A stretch of DNA of 64,000 bases from Halioglobus sp. (GCA_041395965.1 JAWKZM010000008.1:4669-68668), one strand, 5' to 3'; positions 52,966 through 63,584 are shown, counted from the first letter of the stretch. Numbers and translations: made by a program. Notes: a model not told the origin generated them from the sequence alone.

Positions 52966-54353
52966 TGAACATCAAACGTGTGAAAGTCGCCGCGATAGGG
53001 TTGCTGGGTGCTCTCACCCTGTCCGTCGGATCGGCACAGGCCCAGGAAGCGAAGACCCTCGATGAACTGCTGAGCTTTGTCAAGCAGGGCCAGGTTACCG
53101 AGGCCAAGGAGAACAGTGCGCGCGAACAGCGCTTTGCGCAGGACAAGGCCAACCAGGCCGCGGAATTGGCAAAGGCGGAAGCGGAGCGTACGCGACAGGA
53201 ACAACTCAGCGCGCAGCTGGAAGATACTTTCGAGGCCAATGAACTACTGGTTGCTGCGAAGCAGACGCAGTTGAAAGAGAAGCTGGGAACATTGGCGGAA
53301 CTGTTTGGACACCTGACATCAGCCGCGGGCGACCTGTCGACCAATATGGAGAACTCCATAATCAGCGCGCAGTACCCGGGTCGCGAAAAGTTCCTGCAAG
53401 ACCTGATCAAGAAGATGAGCGGCTCTGACCAGCTTCCCAGTATCGAGGAGATCGAGCAGGTCTGGTATGAAATGAATCGCGAGATGGTGGAATCCGGCAA
53501 GATCGTGTCATTCGACTCCAAGGTGACGACCCTGCACGGCGATGAGGCGCAAACCAAGGTGGTGCGCGTGGGGACCTTCAACATCGTCGAGCAGGACGGC
53601 AAATACCTGCAGTTCATCTCGGAAAAGGGCACACTGGAAGAGCTGGCTCGCCAGCCCTCCGGGCCCTATATCGGTTGGGCCAGCGACCTGGCCGTGGCGA
53701 CCGAGGGTCTGCATCGTTTCGGCATCGACCCGACTGGTCCGACCGGCGGCTCTTTCCTGGCGGCGCTGATCAACAGCCCTGACCTTGAAGAGCGTTGGCA
53801 TCAAGGTGGTACGGTGGGGTATGCGATTACCGTAATCGGTATATTCGGCGCGATCCTCGCGATCTATCGCCTGATCGTGCTGTCTGCAGTGGGCGCCAAG
53901 GTGAATGCGCAGCTCAAATCCGAGAAGGCCAATGATAACAACCCGCTGGGTCGCGTGTTGAAGATTCACGAGGCCAATCCCTCCATGGATACCGAAACCC
54001 TGGAGCTCAAGCTCTCTGAAGGTATCATGAAAGAGACGCCCAAGCTCGAGAGCGGCCTGGCCATCCTCAAGATCATTGCCACAATCGCGCCGTTGATGGG
54101 GCTGTTGGGTACCGTGACGGGTATGATCGTGACCTTCCAGGCGATCACCATTTTTGGTGCTGGCGATCCCAAGGCCATGGCCGGTGGTATATCCCAGGCG
54201 CTTGTTACAACCGTGGAAGGTCTGGTCGTGGCGATACCGATAGTCTTGTTGTATACCATTGTCAGCGGTCGCGCCCAGCGCATCATCCACATCCTGAACG
54301 AACAGACCACTGGAATCATTGCCGAGCACACCGAAGCTAGCCTGAGGAAGTAG
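52965..54353 (+). CDS. Large MotA/TolQ/ExbB protein (TtpC-like)
   Basis: Long periplasmic coiled-coil region plus APLMGLLGTVTGMIVTF, GDPKAMAGGISQALVTTVEGL. Confidence 0.9.
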   Translation: MNIKRVKVAAIGLLGALTLSVGSAQAQEAKTLDELLSFVKQGQVTEAKENSAREQRFAQDKANQAAELAKAEAERTRQEQLSAQLEDTFEANELLVAAKQTQLKEKLGTLAELFGHLTSAAGDLSTNMENSIISAQYPGREKFLQDLIKKMSGSDQLPSIEEIEQVWYEMNREMVESGKIVSFDSKVTTLHGDEAQTKVVRVGTFNIVEQDGKYLQFISEKGTLEELARQPSGPYIGWASDLAVATEGLHRFGIDPTGPTGGSFLAALINSPDLEERWHQGGTVGYAITVIGIFGAILAIYRLIVLSAVGAKVNAQLKSEKANDNNPLGRVLKIHEANPSMDTETLELKLSEGIMKETPKLESGLAILKIIATIAPLMGLLGTVTGMIVTFQAITIFGAGDPKAMAGGISQALVTTVEGLVVAIPIVLLYTIVSGRAQRIIHILNEQTTGIIAEHTEASLRK

Positions 54354-54357
54354 TAAT

Positions 54358-54885
54358 ATGTATCGGTTAGACAGTGCTTACGAGGCCGTTGCCCGCTTCA
54401 TGGATATGGGCGGGAACGTGCTCTGGTTGATCGCTATCCTGCTGTTTGTGATGTGGACGTTGATCTTTGAGCGGATCTGGTATTTCAGGTCCGGCTGGCG
54501 GGTGGATGCCGGCAAAGTGATAGCGGCCTGGGAGTCGCGCCCCGAGCGCAAGTCCTGGTCAGCGGAACAAATCCGGGAAAAGCTGATCTCCCAGGCGACG
54601 ATGCAGATCTACCAGTACCTTCCCCTGATAAAAGCCCTGGTGGCACTGTGCCCGCTGATGGGTCTGTTGGGCACCGTTACTGGCATGGTGGAAGTGTTCA
54701 ATATTATGGCCGTTACCGGGGGTGGCGATGCCAAGTCCCTGGCGGGGGGCGTGTCGCGGGCTACTATCCCGACTATGGCGGGCATGGTCGCCGCCATTTC
54801 CGGTGTCTTTGGTAACACCTACGTAACCCGGATCGCCAAGCGCGAGAGCACGTTCCTGACAGACAACCTCACGACTGATCACTAA
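54358..54885 (+). CDS. exbB: ExbB/TolQ proton channel
   Basis: CPLMGLLGTVTGMVEVF, AGGVSRATIPTMAG. Confidence 0.88.
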   Translation: MYRLDSAYEAVARFMDMGGNVLWLIAILLFVMWTLIFERIWYFRSGWRVDAGKVIAAWESRPERKSWSAEQIREKLISQATMQIYQYLPLIKALVALCPLMGLLGTVTGMVEVFNIMAVTGGGDAKSLAGGVSRATIPTMAGMVAAISGVFGNTYVTRIAKRESTFLTDNLTTDH

Positions 54886-54898
54886 GAGAGTTATTTTA

Positions 54899-55303
54899 AT
54901 GCGCAGGAATACTAAAGTAGTAGCCGAAGATCAGGCCGAGATCGATCTGACGCCCATGTTGGACGTCGTGTTCATTATGTTGATCTTCTTTATCGTTACC
55001 GCGTCCTTTATCAAGGAGTCGGGTATCGAGGTAAATCGCCCCGAGGCTTCAACGGCAGAGCCCAAGGAGAACGTGAACATCCTGGTGGCCATCAGTCCGA
55101 CTAACGAAATCTGGATGGACAAGCGTCGCATTGATCTTCGCTCCGTGCGCGCCAATATAGAGCGACTCCACGCGGAGAATCCGAAAGGTGCCGTGGTGAT
55201 CCAGGCCGACAATCAGTCCAATACGGAAACCGTTGCAGGTGTGCTGGACGCGGCGCGTGAGGCGGGCGTCTACGATGTGTCACTGGCCACCCAGGATAAG
55301 TAA
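54899..55303 (+). CDS. exbD: Biopolymer transport protein ExbD
   Basis: IDLTPMLDVVFIMLIFFIVT, VVIQAD. Confidence 0.94.
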   Translation: MRRNTKVVAEDQAEIDLTPMLDVVFIMLIFFIVTASFIKESGIEVNRPEASTAEPKENVNILVAISPTNEIWMDKRRIDLRSVRANIERLHAENPKGAVVIQADNQSNTETVAGVLDAAREAGVYDVSLATQDK

Positions 55304-55309
55304 TACTCT

Positions 55310-55921
55310 ATGAATCGCAACTCAATCAGACTCATCATCGGCGCCCTGTTGGCGATTCCCGTTGCGGGTGGTCTGTTTTTTATCATGCAATACCTTATTG
55401 CTTCTGCGGATCCCAAGATCGATGACAGTAAAAAGACCAAGCTGGCCGATATCCTCATGCCGGAGCGTGAGATCGAGACTAACCTGAATGAACAAAAGCC
55501 GGAAAAGGTGGAAGATCCCGACGAACCGCCGCCGGACCTGGAGTCGCCCGATATCGATATGGAAATGGATAACGTGGAGGTAGTGAATATTGCGCCCCAG
55601 GCCAAGGTGGACATCAGCGTTACCACCGGCACCATGGCATTAGGCGACGGTGAATACCTGCCGATCGTAAAAGTGGCGCCTATTTACCCGCGTAGGGCGC
55701 AGACTCGCGGGATCACCGGCTACTGCATCGTCGAATACACGGTCACCACATCGGGAGCGATTCGCGACCCGCGCGCTGTCGATTGCCAGCCGTCGGGCGT
55801 GTTTGAAGACGCCTCCGTCAAGGCTGCACAAAAATTCAAGTACAAGCCCCGCGTGGTTGATGGCGAGGCGATCGAGGTAGCTGGTGTGCAGAACAAGTTC
55901 ACTTACGAGCTGGAAGATTAG
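55310..55921 (+). CDS. tonB: Energy transducer TonB
   Basis: TM anchor, Pro/acidic linker, PIYPRRA...KFKYKPR C-terminal domain. Confidence 0.92.
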   Translation: MNRNSIRLIIGALLAIPVAGGLFFIMQYLIASADPKIDDSKKTKLADILMPEREIETNLNEQKPEKVEDPDEPPPDLESPDIDMEMDNVEVVNIAPQAKVDISVTTGTMALGDGEYLPIVKVAPIYPRRAQTRGITGYCIVEYTVTTSGAIRDPRAVDCQPSGVFEDASVKAAQKFKYKPRVVDGEAIEVAGVQNKFTYELED

Positions 55922-55935
55922 ACGGTAGACGCGTT

Positions 55936-57276
55936 ATGAATTGGTTTAAGCCCACTATCTGGACACGCGCCCTGCTGCTTGCAGTCCCGGTGCTTGCCTC
56001 CCAGGTAGCTATCACACAGCTGCAAACGGATGTTGGCGTGGTTGCGCTTGCGGCTGCCGTCGCGCAGGACTCAGCCAAGAAGCCTGAGCGGGAAACGCGT
56101 CGAACGCCAGCCCTGCGCAACGCCATTTATGAGAAATTATCCGAGGCGCAAAAGGCCGCAGAGGGCAAGGACCTGGGTGCTGCACAGGCCATCCTAAACG
56201 AGATGATTGCGAACGATGGTAAGAACAAACTGAACAGTTATGAACTGGCCAACGTCTATAACCTTTACGCCTTTATTCAGTACTCCAAGGAAGATTACGC
56301 CGGAGCATTGAAATCCTATGAGAAAGTAGTATCCCAGCCCGATATCCCGCTGGCGATGGAAATAAATACCCGTTTCACTATCGCCCAGCTGTACTTTGTA
56401 CAGGAGGAATGGCAGAAGGGTATCGATGCGCTGCTCAAGTGGTTCGCCATGACGGATACGCCCAACGCCAATGCGTATGTTCTCCTCGCGCAGGGCTACT
56501 ACCAGGTCAAGGACTACAATAAGGCCCTGCAAAATGTTGAGAAAGCCATCAGCATGAGCAACGAGGCCGGCAAGGTACCCAAGGAGCAGTGGTATAACCT
56601 GGCTCGCTACCTGTATTTTGAGAAGAACGACGTCAAGAATACGGTCGCGGTGCTGGAGGAATTGCTCAAGTACTACCCCAAGAAAGAGTATTGGGTGCAG
56701 ATTTCCCACATGTATGGGGAGCAGAAAAAAGAGTCGGAGCAGTTGGCGGCTATGGAAACCGCCTACGTGCAGAATATGCTGGACAAGGACAACGAGCTGG
56801 TAACAATGGCCTACCTGTACCTGAACGCCGAAGTGCCCTACAAGGCGGCCAAGGTGATGGACAAGGGGCTCAACAATAAAACCATTGAGGGTAAGTCGAA
56901 GAATTGGGAGCTAGCGGGCAACGCCTGGCGGCAGGCCCAGGAGCTCAAGAAGGCGATCCCTGCCATGGAAGAGGCGGCATCCAAGTCAGACTCTGGTGAA
57001 CTCTACGCTCGCCTGGGCAACATTTACCTGGACACCGATGAGTACAAGAAGGCAATCGAGGCGATAAACAAGGGTCTTGCCCGAGGCGGGGTAAAGCGGC
57101 CAGACACGGCTAAACTTGTACTGGGCATGGCTTATTTCAACACCAAGCAATACGATAAGGCCCGCGAGGCGTTTACTGCAGCAAGTCGCGACGAGCGCTC
57201 CAAGGCCTACGCTGAGCAGTGGATCAAGTACATGGATTCAGAACTGGAGCGGCAACAATCCCTGCAGGCAGGTTAA
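55936..57276 (+). CDS. Periplasmic tetratricopeptide repeat protein (TtpD-like)
   Basis: N-terminal signal or TM segment; multiple TPR-like helices; last gene of the TonB operon. Confidence 0.85.
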   Translation: MNWFKPTIWTRALLLAVPVLASQVAITQLQTDVGVVALAAAVAQDSAKKPERETRRTPALRNAIYEKLSEAQKAAEGKDLGAAQAILNEMIANDGKNKLNSYELANVYNLYAFIQYSKEDYAGALKSYEKVVSQPDIPLAMEINTRFTIAQLYFVQEEWQKGIDALLKWFAMTDTPNANAYVLLAQGYYQVKDYNKALQNVEKAISMSNEAGKVPKEQWYNLARYLYFEKNDVKNTVAVLEELLKYYPKKEYWVQISHMYGEQKKESEQLAAMETAYVQNMLDKDNELVTMAYLYLNAEVPYKAAKVMDKGLNNKTIEGKSKNWELAGNAWRQAQELKKAIPAMEEAASKSDSGELYARLGNIYLDTDEYKKAIEAINKGLARGGVKRPDTAKLVLGMAYFNTKQYDKAREAFTAASRDERSKAYAEQWIKYMDSELERQQSLQAG

Positions 57277-57318
57277 GGCCGCAGTAATACACCGCGCAGT
57301 TGGCGGGTTGAAATCGGA

Positions 57319-57354
57319 ATAAAAAAAGGAGCTGAAAGAGCTCCTTTTTTTTAT
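57319..57354. terminator. Bidirectional intrinsic terminator
   Basis: A7-GGAGCT-gaaag-AGCTCC-T8 between convergent TPR and cold-shock genes. Confidence 0.92.
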
Positions 57355-57376
57355 CTCACTCGAAGACCCTTCGGTC

Positions 57377-57583
57377 TTACAGTGGGACTACGTTTTCTGC
57401 CTGTGGGCCTTTCTGGCCATCCGTCACGTTGAATTCAACTTTTTGGCCGTCGGCCAAGGTTTTGAAGCCATCGCCCTGGATGGAGCTGAAATGAACGAAC
57501 ACATCGGGGCCATCTTCACGCTCGATGAAGCCAAATCCTTTGGTTTCGTTAAACCATTTAACAGTACCAGTCGTCTTAGACAT
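57377..57583 (-). CDS. Cold-shock protein (CspA family)
   Basis: [15 protein letters not shown] (RNP1), VFVHFS (RNP2), KGPQAENV. Confidence 0.97.
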   Translation of the reverse strand: MSKTTGTVKWFNETKGFGFIEREDGPDVFVHFSSIQGDGFKTLADGQKVEFNVTDGQKGPQAENVVPL

Positions 57584-57813
57584 AATGTTTACCTGTATAG
57601 CTAGCGGCGCCATGTCCAGGCGCCTTTTCATTTATAGTGTTATTTATGGTTTACGTACCGATGATCTTGATGGAACTTCGACCGTGAGCATAAATACTGC
57701 TGAAACCACTCAGCAAGGTGAGTGTAGCACCATAATTGGCGATTTACAGGGAAGTCGGACAACTATTTTTTGGTCAATTTTGCTCTCCAGGCGCCCGGCC
57801 AGCGGCACTTTTT

Positions 57814-58807
57814 TCAACGTTCGTTGAGGGATGAGTCGCCGGCTGTAAGGGGGGCGTGGGCAGCGCCCAGCAGTCCAGTGGTTTCACAAGTTATTACGTG
57901 GATAGGCACCCTGGCCAGATGTGCTCGCATTTTGCCCTTGGCTTGAAAACGCTCCACGAACGGGCTTTGCCGGAGGAACTCAAGCATTTGGGGTAGTACG
58001 CCTCCGGCCAGGTAAAGCCCGCCATAAGCGCCGTTGGCCAGCACGAAATCGCCGCTGATAGAGCCCAGCAGGGAGCAGAAAGTGTTCAACGCCAGCGTGC
58101 AGAGTTCGCACGATGCCCCGAGAGCCCGTATCGATATCTCTGCAGGCGCTAGCAGCGGCTCATCCTGGCCGCGAAGGGCTGCCAGCGCCTGGTGGAGACG
58201 TTAGCAGCCCCGGGCCAGAGACAAGCAGTTCCGCGTAGACTTCCCCGTACTCTGGCTGCAGGTACCGGAACAGTTCCAGTTCGAGCTCCGTGGCAGCAGC
58301 CAGTCCCATGTGCCCCGGCTCGCTGGCGCAGGCGACGGCCACCCCGCCCGCCCGGCTCAGGGTGGCACCTCCAAGTCCTGTGCCGGGGCCGACGGTGGCG
58401 AGCTTGCCACCCGGGGTCGGCGTACCCGGTTGCACTGTAGCGAGGTTATCGTTGCTCAGGTGCGGCAGGGCGTAGGCGTTGCCCTCGAAATCGTTGATAC
58501 AGCGCAGCCGGGCAAAACCGAAACGCCCGGCCAGCTCCCGGGCCGAGAACGACCAATCGATGTTGAGCATTCTTACCCGATCCCCGAACGGTGGAGCCGC
58601 TACCGCCAGACAGCAATCTGTCGGGGCGGGCTCTCCGAGTGCCTCCAGCCAGGCCGCGATGATATCCTCGAATTGGCGATAGTCGCGGTTGACGTAGCTG
58701 CGTATCGATCGCAATACATTGGACTCGGGCTCGAACAGGGCCAGGCGGGTGTTGGTACCGCCGATATCGGCGACAAGGCGACCTGCGCGGAATATTGGCA
58801 GCGACAC
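57814..58807 (-). CDS. glk: Glucokinase, frameshifted
   Basis: ADIGGTNTRL, INDFEG, GPGTGLG, SEPGH, ELLVSGPGL|GGLYLAGG, FQAKG, GLLGAA. Confidence 0.92.
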
Positions 58808-58810
58808 AGT

Positions 58811-60263
58811 TCAGCTCACCGGAAGAATCTGCATGATGTTGGTCGAGCCTGCAGTCCCCATTAACGCGCCCTTTGTAAGGATGATGGAGTCGCCTTTTCC
58901 CAGGTAGCCGCCGTCGAGCAGAAATTCAATGGCTCTGGCATCCACACTGTCACGATCAAATGCTGAGGCGTCGAAGTACAGCGGCACCACTCCGCGGCAC
59001 AGGCACAGTTTCTGCAGCGTCTCGCTGAGTCTGCTGAGGGCGAAAATGGGCAGACCTGAACTGATGCGCGACATGAGCCTGGGCGTGGTGCCGGACTCGG
59101 TCAGGCAGGCTATGCCGCGCACGTTGTCATAATGATTGGCAGCGTAAATAGCTGACATCGCTATCGCCTCCTGCGCACTGCTAAAACCGGTATTCAGTCG
59201 AAATTCGGATGTCCTGGCTACCGGTTGGCGCTCGGCGCCCAGCGCCGCATCCGCCATAGCCTCCACCACTTCAACGGGGTAGTTGCCGACGGCGGTTTCT
59301 GCCGAGAGCATAACCGCATCGGTACCATCGAGAACCGCGTTGGCCACATCGAAAACCTCGGCCCGGGTGGGCATGGAGCTGTTGATCATGGACTCCATCA
59401 TCTGGGTGGCGGTTATCACCACCCGGTGCATGCGGCGCGCACGCGAGATAAGCTCTTTTTGAATCCCGATCAGTTGGGCGTCGCCGACCTCAACACCCAG
59501 GTCGCCACGGGCGACCATCACACCGTCCGAGGCCAGCAGTATGCCATTGAGCGTGGTTTCGTCCGCCACCACCTCGGCACGCTCAATCTTGGCGATAATG
59601 GCGGGCTGGAGCTGATGTTGCTGCAACAGCCCTTTCGTCTGGAAGATATCCTCGGCACTGGATACAAAGGATACTGCGACAAAATCGGGCCTGACTTCAC
59701 TCAGGCTGTCGATATCGGTGAGATCCTTGGCAGTCAGCGCAGGGGCGGCCAGGCCTCCCCCAGGCGATTGATGCCTTTGCGGGAGCCCAGTTTGCCACCG
59801 ATGAGCACGGTACAGTCAACCGCGCTGGCCTCCATCATCGACGCGCAGGCGAATACGGCCGTCGTCCAGCAACAGGGATGTCGCCTCGCGCCACACTGGC
59901 GGTCAGTTGCTCATACTCGAGCCCCACGCCCCGGATATCCCCTTCCCCGTCACCCAGTTCCTGGTCCAGGCGGAAGCGGTCGCCGCTGGCGAGTTCTATG
60001 GCGTCATTGCGAAAACTGCCGATACGTATCTTGGGGCCCTGCAAGTCCGCCATGATGCCCACATAGTGGCCGGCAATACTGGCTTGCTTGCGAATCCGGT
60101 TCGCTACCTTGACATGTTGCGCTGCGGTCCCGTGACTGAAATTGAGGCGGAAAACATTGACGCCAGCACCGATCAGTTTGGCGATCATGTCTTCGGACTC
60201 GCTCGCCGGACCGACGGTAGCGACGATTTTTGTACGTCTAATGACCTTTGGGTTCACGTTCAT
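58811..60263 (-). CDS. pyk: Pyruvate kinase, several frameshifts
   Basis: RRTKIVATVGP, RLNFSHG, DLQGPKIR|IIAKIE, MVARGDLGVE, ATQMMESM, DAVMLSAET. Confidence 0.96.
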
Positions 60264-60503
60264 TCCCGTTGATTTTGGGTGTAAAACACGTGATGCGTCG
60301 CGCTACGCCGTGGCGATTTTTATTCGCATACAGGCGAAACATGAGCGACGATAATGCCCCTTTACTCGATGCCGCGCTAGTGGTTGACGCCGGGGAAATG
60401 TCGTCCCGGGGCTCGCGACCCGCGGGGTCGGCCCCAGGGTACGGTGCGGCCCGCCCATAGCGGACCTCCATCGCGAGCCTCTCGACCCTAGGCAGTCCGC
60501 GAA

Positions 60504-60812
60504 CTACCAGTGCATAGGAATTGTCCACCATACGCTCAATTTCGCCGCGGGAATACTGCCATCCAACCGTACGGTATTCCAGTGCCTTTTGTTCATATGG
60601 TAGCCGGGGGTAACGGCTGTAAAAATTTCGCGAAGCATCAGTGCCTCGTGTGGGTCACACTTCAGGTTCATGCGCAGACAGCCCTCGCTGGTAACGAGGG
60701 TAGCGAACATCCTGGATCGAACCTTGATCACGGCCACCCTGTCTCCGAAGGGGAAGTCTTCCCAGGCTTCGGGTTTACTGAGCAGGTAAGTCCGGAGCTT
60801 ATGCGAGCTCAC
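60504..60812 (-). CDS. MmcQ/YjbR family protein; the true C-terminus continues past 60504 in a shifted frame
   Basis: FPFG, MNLKCDP, PGYHMNKRHWNTV; MVDNSYALVV continuation in another frame. Confidence 0.88.
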   Translation of the reverse strand: MSSHKLRTYLLSKPEAWEDFPFGDRVAVIKVRSRMFATLVTSEGCLRMNLKCDPHEALMLREIFTAVTPGYHMNKRHWNTVRLDGSIPAAKLSVWWTIPMHW

Positions 60813-61786
60813 GCTGCGACGGCGGCCTGATGCAGGTAGGCGACCACCGTATCCGGGAAGTCGGTAAACAAACCATCGATTCCGGCCTGGCGTATAAAGA
60901 TGTCAAGCAATTCCTTGAAGCTGCCCACGTCGGTGGGTAACTCATCACGGCGGAAAGTATAGGGGTGTACCAGCAGCCCCTTGGCGTGTGCCAGCGGTAC
61001 AAGGTTGCTGAGACTGGCGTCGCCTGACGCTGTCTTGCCCAGATAGATATGTGGCAGGAAAGGACCGATCCCCTGCGCGTAGCTCGCCACATAGGCCAGT
61101 CCGTCTTCAGTCCTGAGATAGTCGTAGTCGACCTGGCTGTCCTCGCCCCAGCTGTTTTCACCGATGAGTTGTATCATCGGCAGTGGAGTCTTCAGCTCTG
61201 TGCGCAGTTGCCGGAGCGTGTGGTCATCGAAGCACTGCAGATAAACCTGCTGTGGGCGATTCCAGTAGCCCGTTTCCTGTAGCACCGCCAGGACAGCGGC
61301 GGGAAGGTCGAGACCTTCGCTGCGATGCCAGTTGGGCGACTTCAACTCGATGTACAGGCCGGTAGTACAGCCGCGGCTGTGATCGAGGCCGGCGAGCATC
61401 TCTATTTCCTCCGCAAGGGTGGGGACCCGGAACACGGCCGTGTGCACAGGGAATCGGTCGGGAAATACAGCCGTACCCGAGCGAGCACCATCCACATGTG
61501 TCCGTTCATGTACATGCAGCTGGCGAATCTCCGACAAGTCGAAATCGATGGCGTAATAACGCCCGTCGGCCCGAGCGCGGTCGGGAAAACGCAGCGCCAC
61601 GTCCGTGGTGCTGTCCAGATGTATATCGTGCAGTACGATGGCCGTGCCATCACGGCTGAGCACCACGTCCTGCTCCAAAAAATCTGCACCCATCGCGTGC
61701 GCCAGAGCCTTGGCCGCCAGAGTGTGCTCAGGCAGGTATCCGCTGGCGCCGCGATGGGCGATGACGATGGGGCTGCGGGTGTTCAT
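60809..61786 (-). CDS. glpQ: Glycerophosphodiester phosphodiesterase
   Basis: IAHRGASGYLPEHT, EQDVVLSRDG, HDIHL, IELK, HPYTFR, GLFTDFPD; no signal peptide. Confidence 0.92.
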   Translation of the reverse strand: MNTRSPIVIAHRGASGYLPEHTLAAKALAHAMGADFLEQDVVLSRDGTAIVLHDIHLDSTTDVALRFPDRARADGRYYAIDFDLSEIRQLHVHERTHVDGARSGTAVFPDRFPVHTAVFRVPTLAEEIEMLAGLDHSRGCTTGLYIELKSPNWHRSEGLDLPAAVLAVLQETGYWNRPQQVYLQCFDDHTLRQLRTELKTPLPMIQLIGENSWGEDSQVDYDYLRTEDGLAYVASYAQGIGPFLPHIYLGKTASGDASLSNLVPLAHAKGLLVHPYTFRRDELPTDVGSFKELLDIFIRQAGIDGLFTDFPDTVVAYLHQAAVAA

Positions 61787-61895
61787 GGCGAAGAACAGTT
61801 ATCCCTGCGTGTGATGAAAGCCATGTGGCGGCAAACAAAAAAGGGCCGGATCGAAAAACCGCGCCCTGAAGGTCGAATGCATCAATAGCATAATA

Positions 61896-62705
61896 TCAGG
61901 GCAATGCGGCCACCCAGGAGTTGTCCTCAAACCATTTTTTGCGCAGTTTGGTCAGTACGCCGGTCTTCTCATATGCGCTGAGGTAGTTATCCACCAGGTT
62001 AAAAAACTGCGCATCGTCCTTGCTCACTGCGATGCCGACCGGTTCGACCGTTAGCGGCTTGTTAAGTGTCGTAAGGCCCGCGTCTGGATAGCGCAGCACG
62101 GCCAGCACACACTGGGTCATATCCGCTACCATTGCATCAGCTTTGCCATCGATGAGCAGGGCGACGCCCTCATCATAACTGGGTACCTCGATCAGCGTGG
62201 CTTCCGGTGCAACCGTTTTCACGAAGTTGGCGTTTGTCGAGTTGCTCAGGGCAAGCAGTTTGAGATCCTTGCGATTAAATTCCTCGGTAGAGGAGATACT
62301 GCCCAGAACAGAATTTTTGGTCAGGATAGACATGCCTGACATCATGTAGGGTCCTACGAAGGATACGAGTTCAGCGCGCTCCGGAGTAATCGACATGTTG
62401 GAGAGCACCATGTCGATTTTGTCTTCCTCCAGTGCAGTCATCAGTTCGCCAAAGGGCATGGGTTTGATCTCCAGTTTCACGTTCATGGCGATTGCCATTG
62501 CCTTGGCCAGGTCGACGTCGAATCCCATCAAACCGCCCTCGCGATTGGTCATCGTCATCGGAGGCTGGTTACCTGACATGCCCACTTTCAGTACCTGGAA
62601 GTCGATGACACGCTGTAGTGTATCGCCCGCTGTGGCATTAACCGACAATAGGGTGACCAGAGTCACAGCGCAGGTCAGCAAGGTGAGTTTTATTTTTCGG
62701 ATCAT
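61896..62705 (-). CDS. Family 3 amino-acid-type substrate-binding protein
   Basis: Signal peptide, LKVGMSGNQPP, GFDVDLA, SITPERA, KKWF. Confidence 0.88.
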   Translation of the reverse strand: MIRKIKLTLLTCAVTLVTLLSVNATAGDTLQRVIDFQVLKVGMSGNQPPMTMTNREGGLMGFDVDLAKAMAIAMNVKLEIKPMPFGELMTALEEDKIDMVLSNMSITPERAELVSFVGPYMMSGMSILTKNSVLGSISSTEEFNRKDLKLLALSNSTNANFVKTVAPEATLIEVPSYDEGVALLIDGKADAMVADMTQCVLAVLRYPDAGLTTLNKPLTVEPVGIAVSKDDAQFFNLVDNYLSAYEKTGVLTKLRKKWFEDNSWVAALP

Positions 62706-62885
62706 TCGAAGTTCTCCTATGGTTTGACGCCTGGTTTGCAGTCAGGACGATAGTTCCCAAGAAATCAGAGGTAACAGTTCTGCCGATCCTGGAAAGATTT
62801 TCCCTGCCAAGTGTAGGTCCGTTCGGCAATTATGCCAAAACCTTTTATGATAGCCCGCGAACGACTCTATTCACCGAGGTGACCC

Positions 62886-63584
62886 ATGTCCGTCAGGTTT
62901 GACCGCATCGTCCTGGCCGTGCCGGAATTGCAGTCGGCGGTAGCGGAGTATGAATGTTTGCTGGGCGCTTCACCGTTCCTGTGTGACTCTTTCCAGGGCG
63001 CCCCCGCCGCGTGGTGGGGACTGAGTAATACGGTTATTGAACTGACGCAGGCCGGCGTTCAGCGGCCTTGCCTGCAGGGTATTGTGCTGGCGGCGGCTGG
63101 GGCAGAAACGGGGGAAAAGCCCGTGGCCAATTCACTGGGGGTCGATATTCGTCTTTCCAATGGGCAGGACACCTCGGATTATCGACGCCTTCAGGGCGGG
63201 TCCCGGTGCGCCGACATTGCCGTCGACCATTTGGTATTGCGCACGGGAAATGCGCAGGGCTGCATTGCATTATTCAACCGTGAATTGGGAATCCGTCTGG
63301 CGTTGGACAAAACGGTACCTGAGTGGGGCGGGCGCATGCTGTTCTTCCGAGCCGGCAAGCTGACCCTGGAAGTGATCGAATCGCAGGTTTCGGACGCCGT
63401 CAGCAGTTATTTCTGGGGATTGGCCTATCAATACCGAAATTTGGCAGAAGCTGTCCGCATCCTCGGCAAACAAGGCGTCGCAGTATCAGAGATTCGCAAG
63501 GGAAGAAAACCGGGAACCCTGGTGGCGACCCTGCAGAGCCACTGTCTGGAAATTCCGACACTTTTAATCCAGCCTGCTAGATAA
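62886..63584 (+). CDS. VOC/glyoxalase family protein
   Basis: FDRIVLAV...E and VDHLVL...E paired beta-alpha-beta modules, RKGRKPGT. Confidence 0.75.
   Translation: MSVRFDRIVLAVPELQSAVAEYECLLGASPFLCDSFQGAPAAWWGLSNTVIELTQAGVQRPCLQGIVLAAAGAETGEKPVANSLGVDIRLSNGQDTSDYRRLQGGSRCADIAVDHLVLRTGNAQGCIALFNRELGIRLALDKTVPEWGGRMLFFRAGKLTLEVIESQVSDAVSSYFWGLAYQYRNLAEAVRILGKQGVAVSEIRKGRKPGTLVATLQSHCLEIPTLLIQPAR

Noticed and set aside
1888-60812. Frameshifts in about 15 genes (DUF423, hemW, yqgE, esterase, metK, pgk, fba, ygfA, ubiI, rlmI, ptsP, thyA, glk, pyk, mmcQ) read as pseudogenisation or programmed frameshifting
   Set aside because: They hit essential genes with otherwise intact motifs, often at short homopolymers, and cluster in poor stretches (about 42.7-44.8 kb). 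Uncorrected long-read indels are the simpler explanation; read polishing would settle it.
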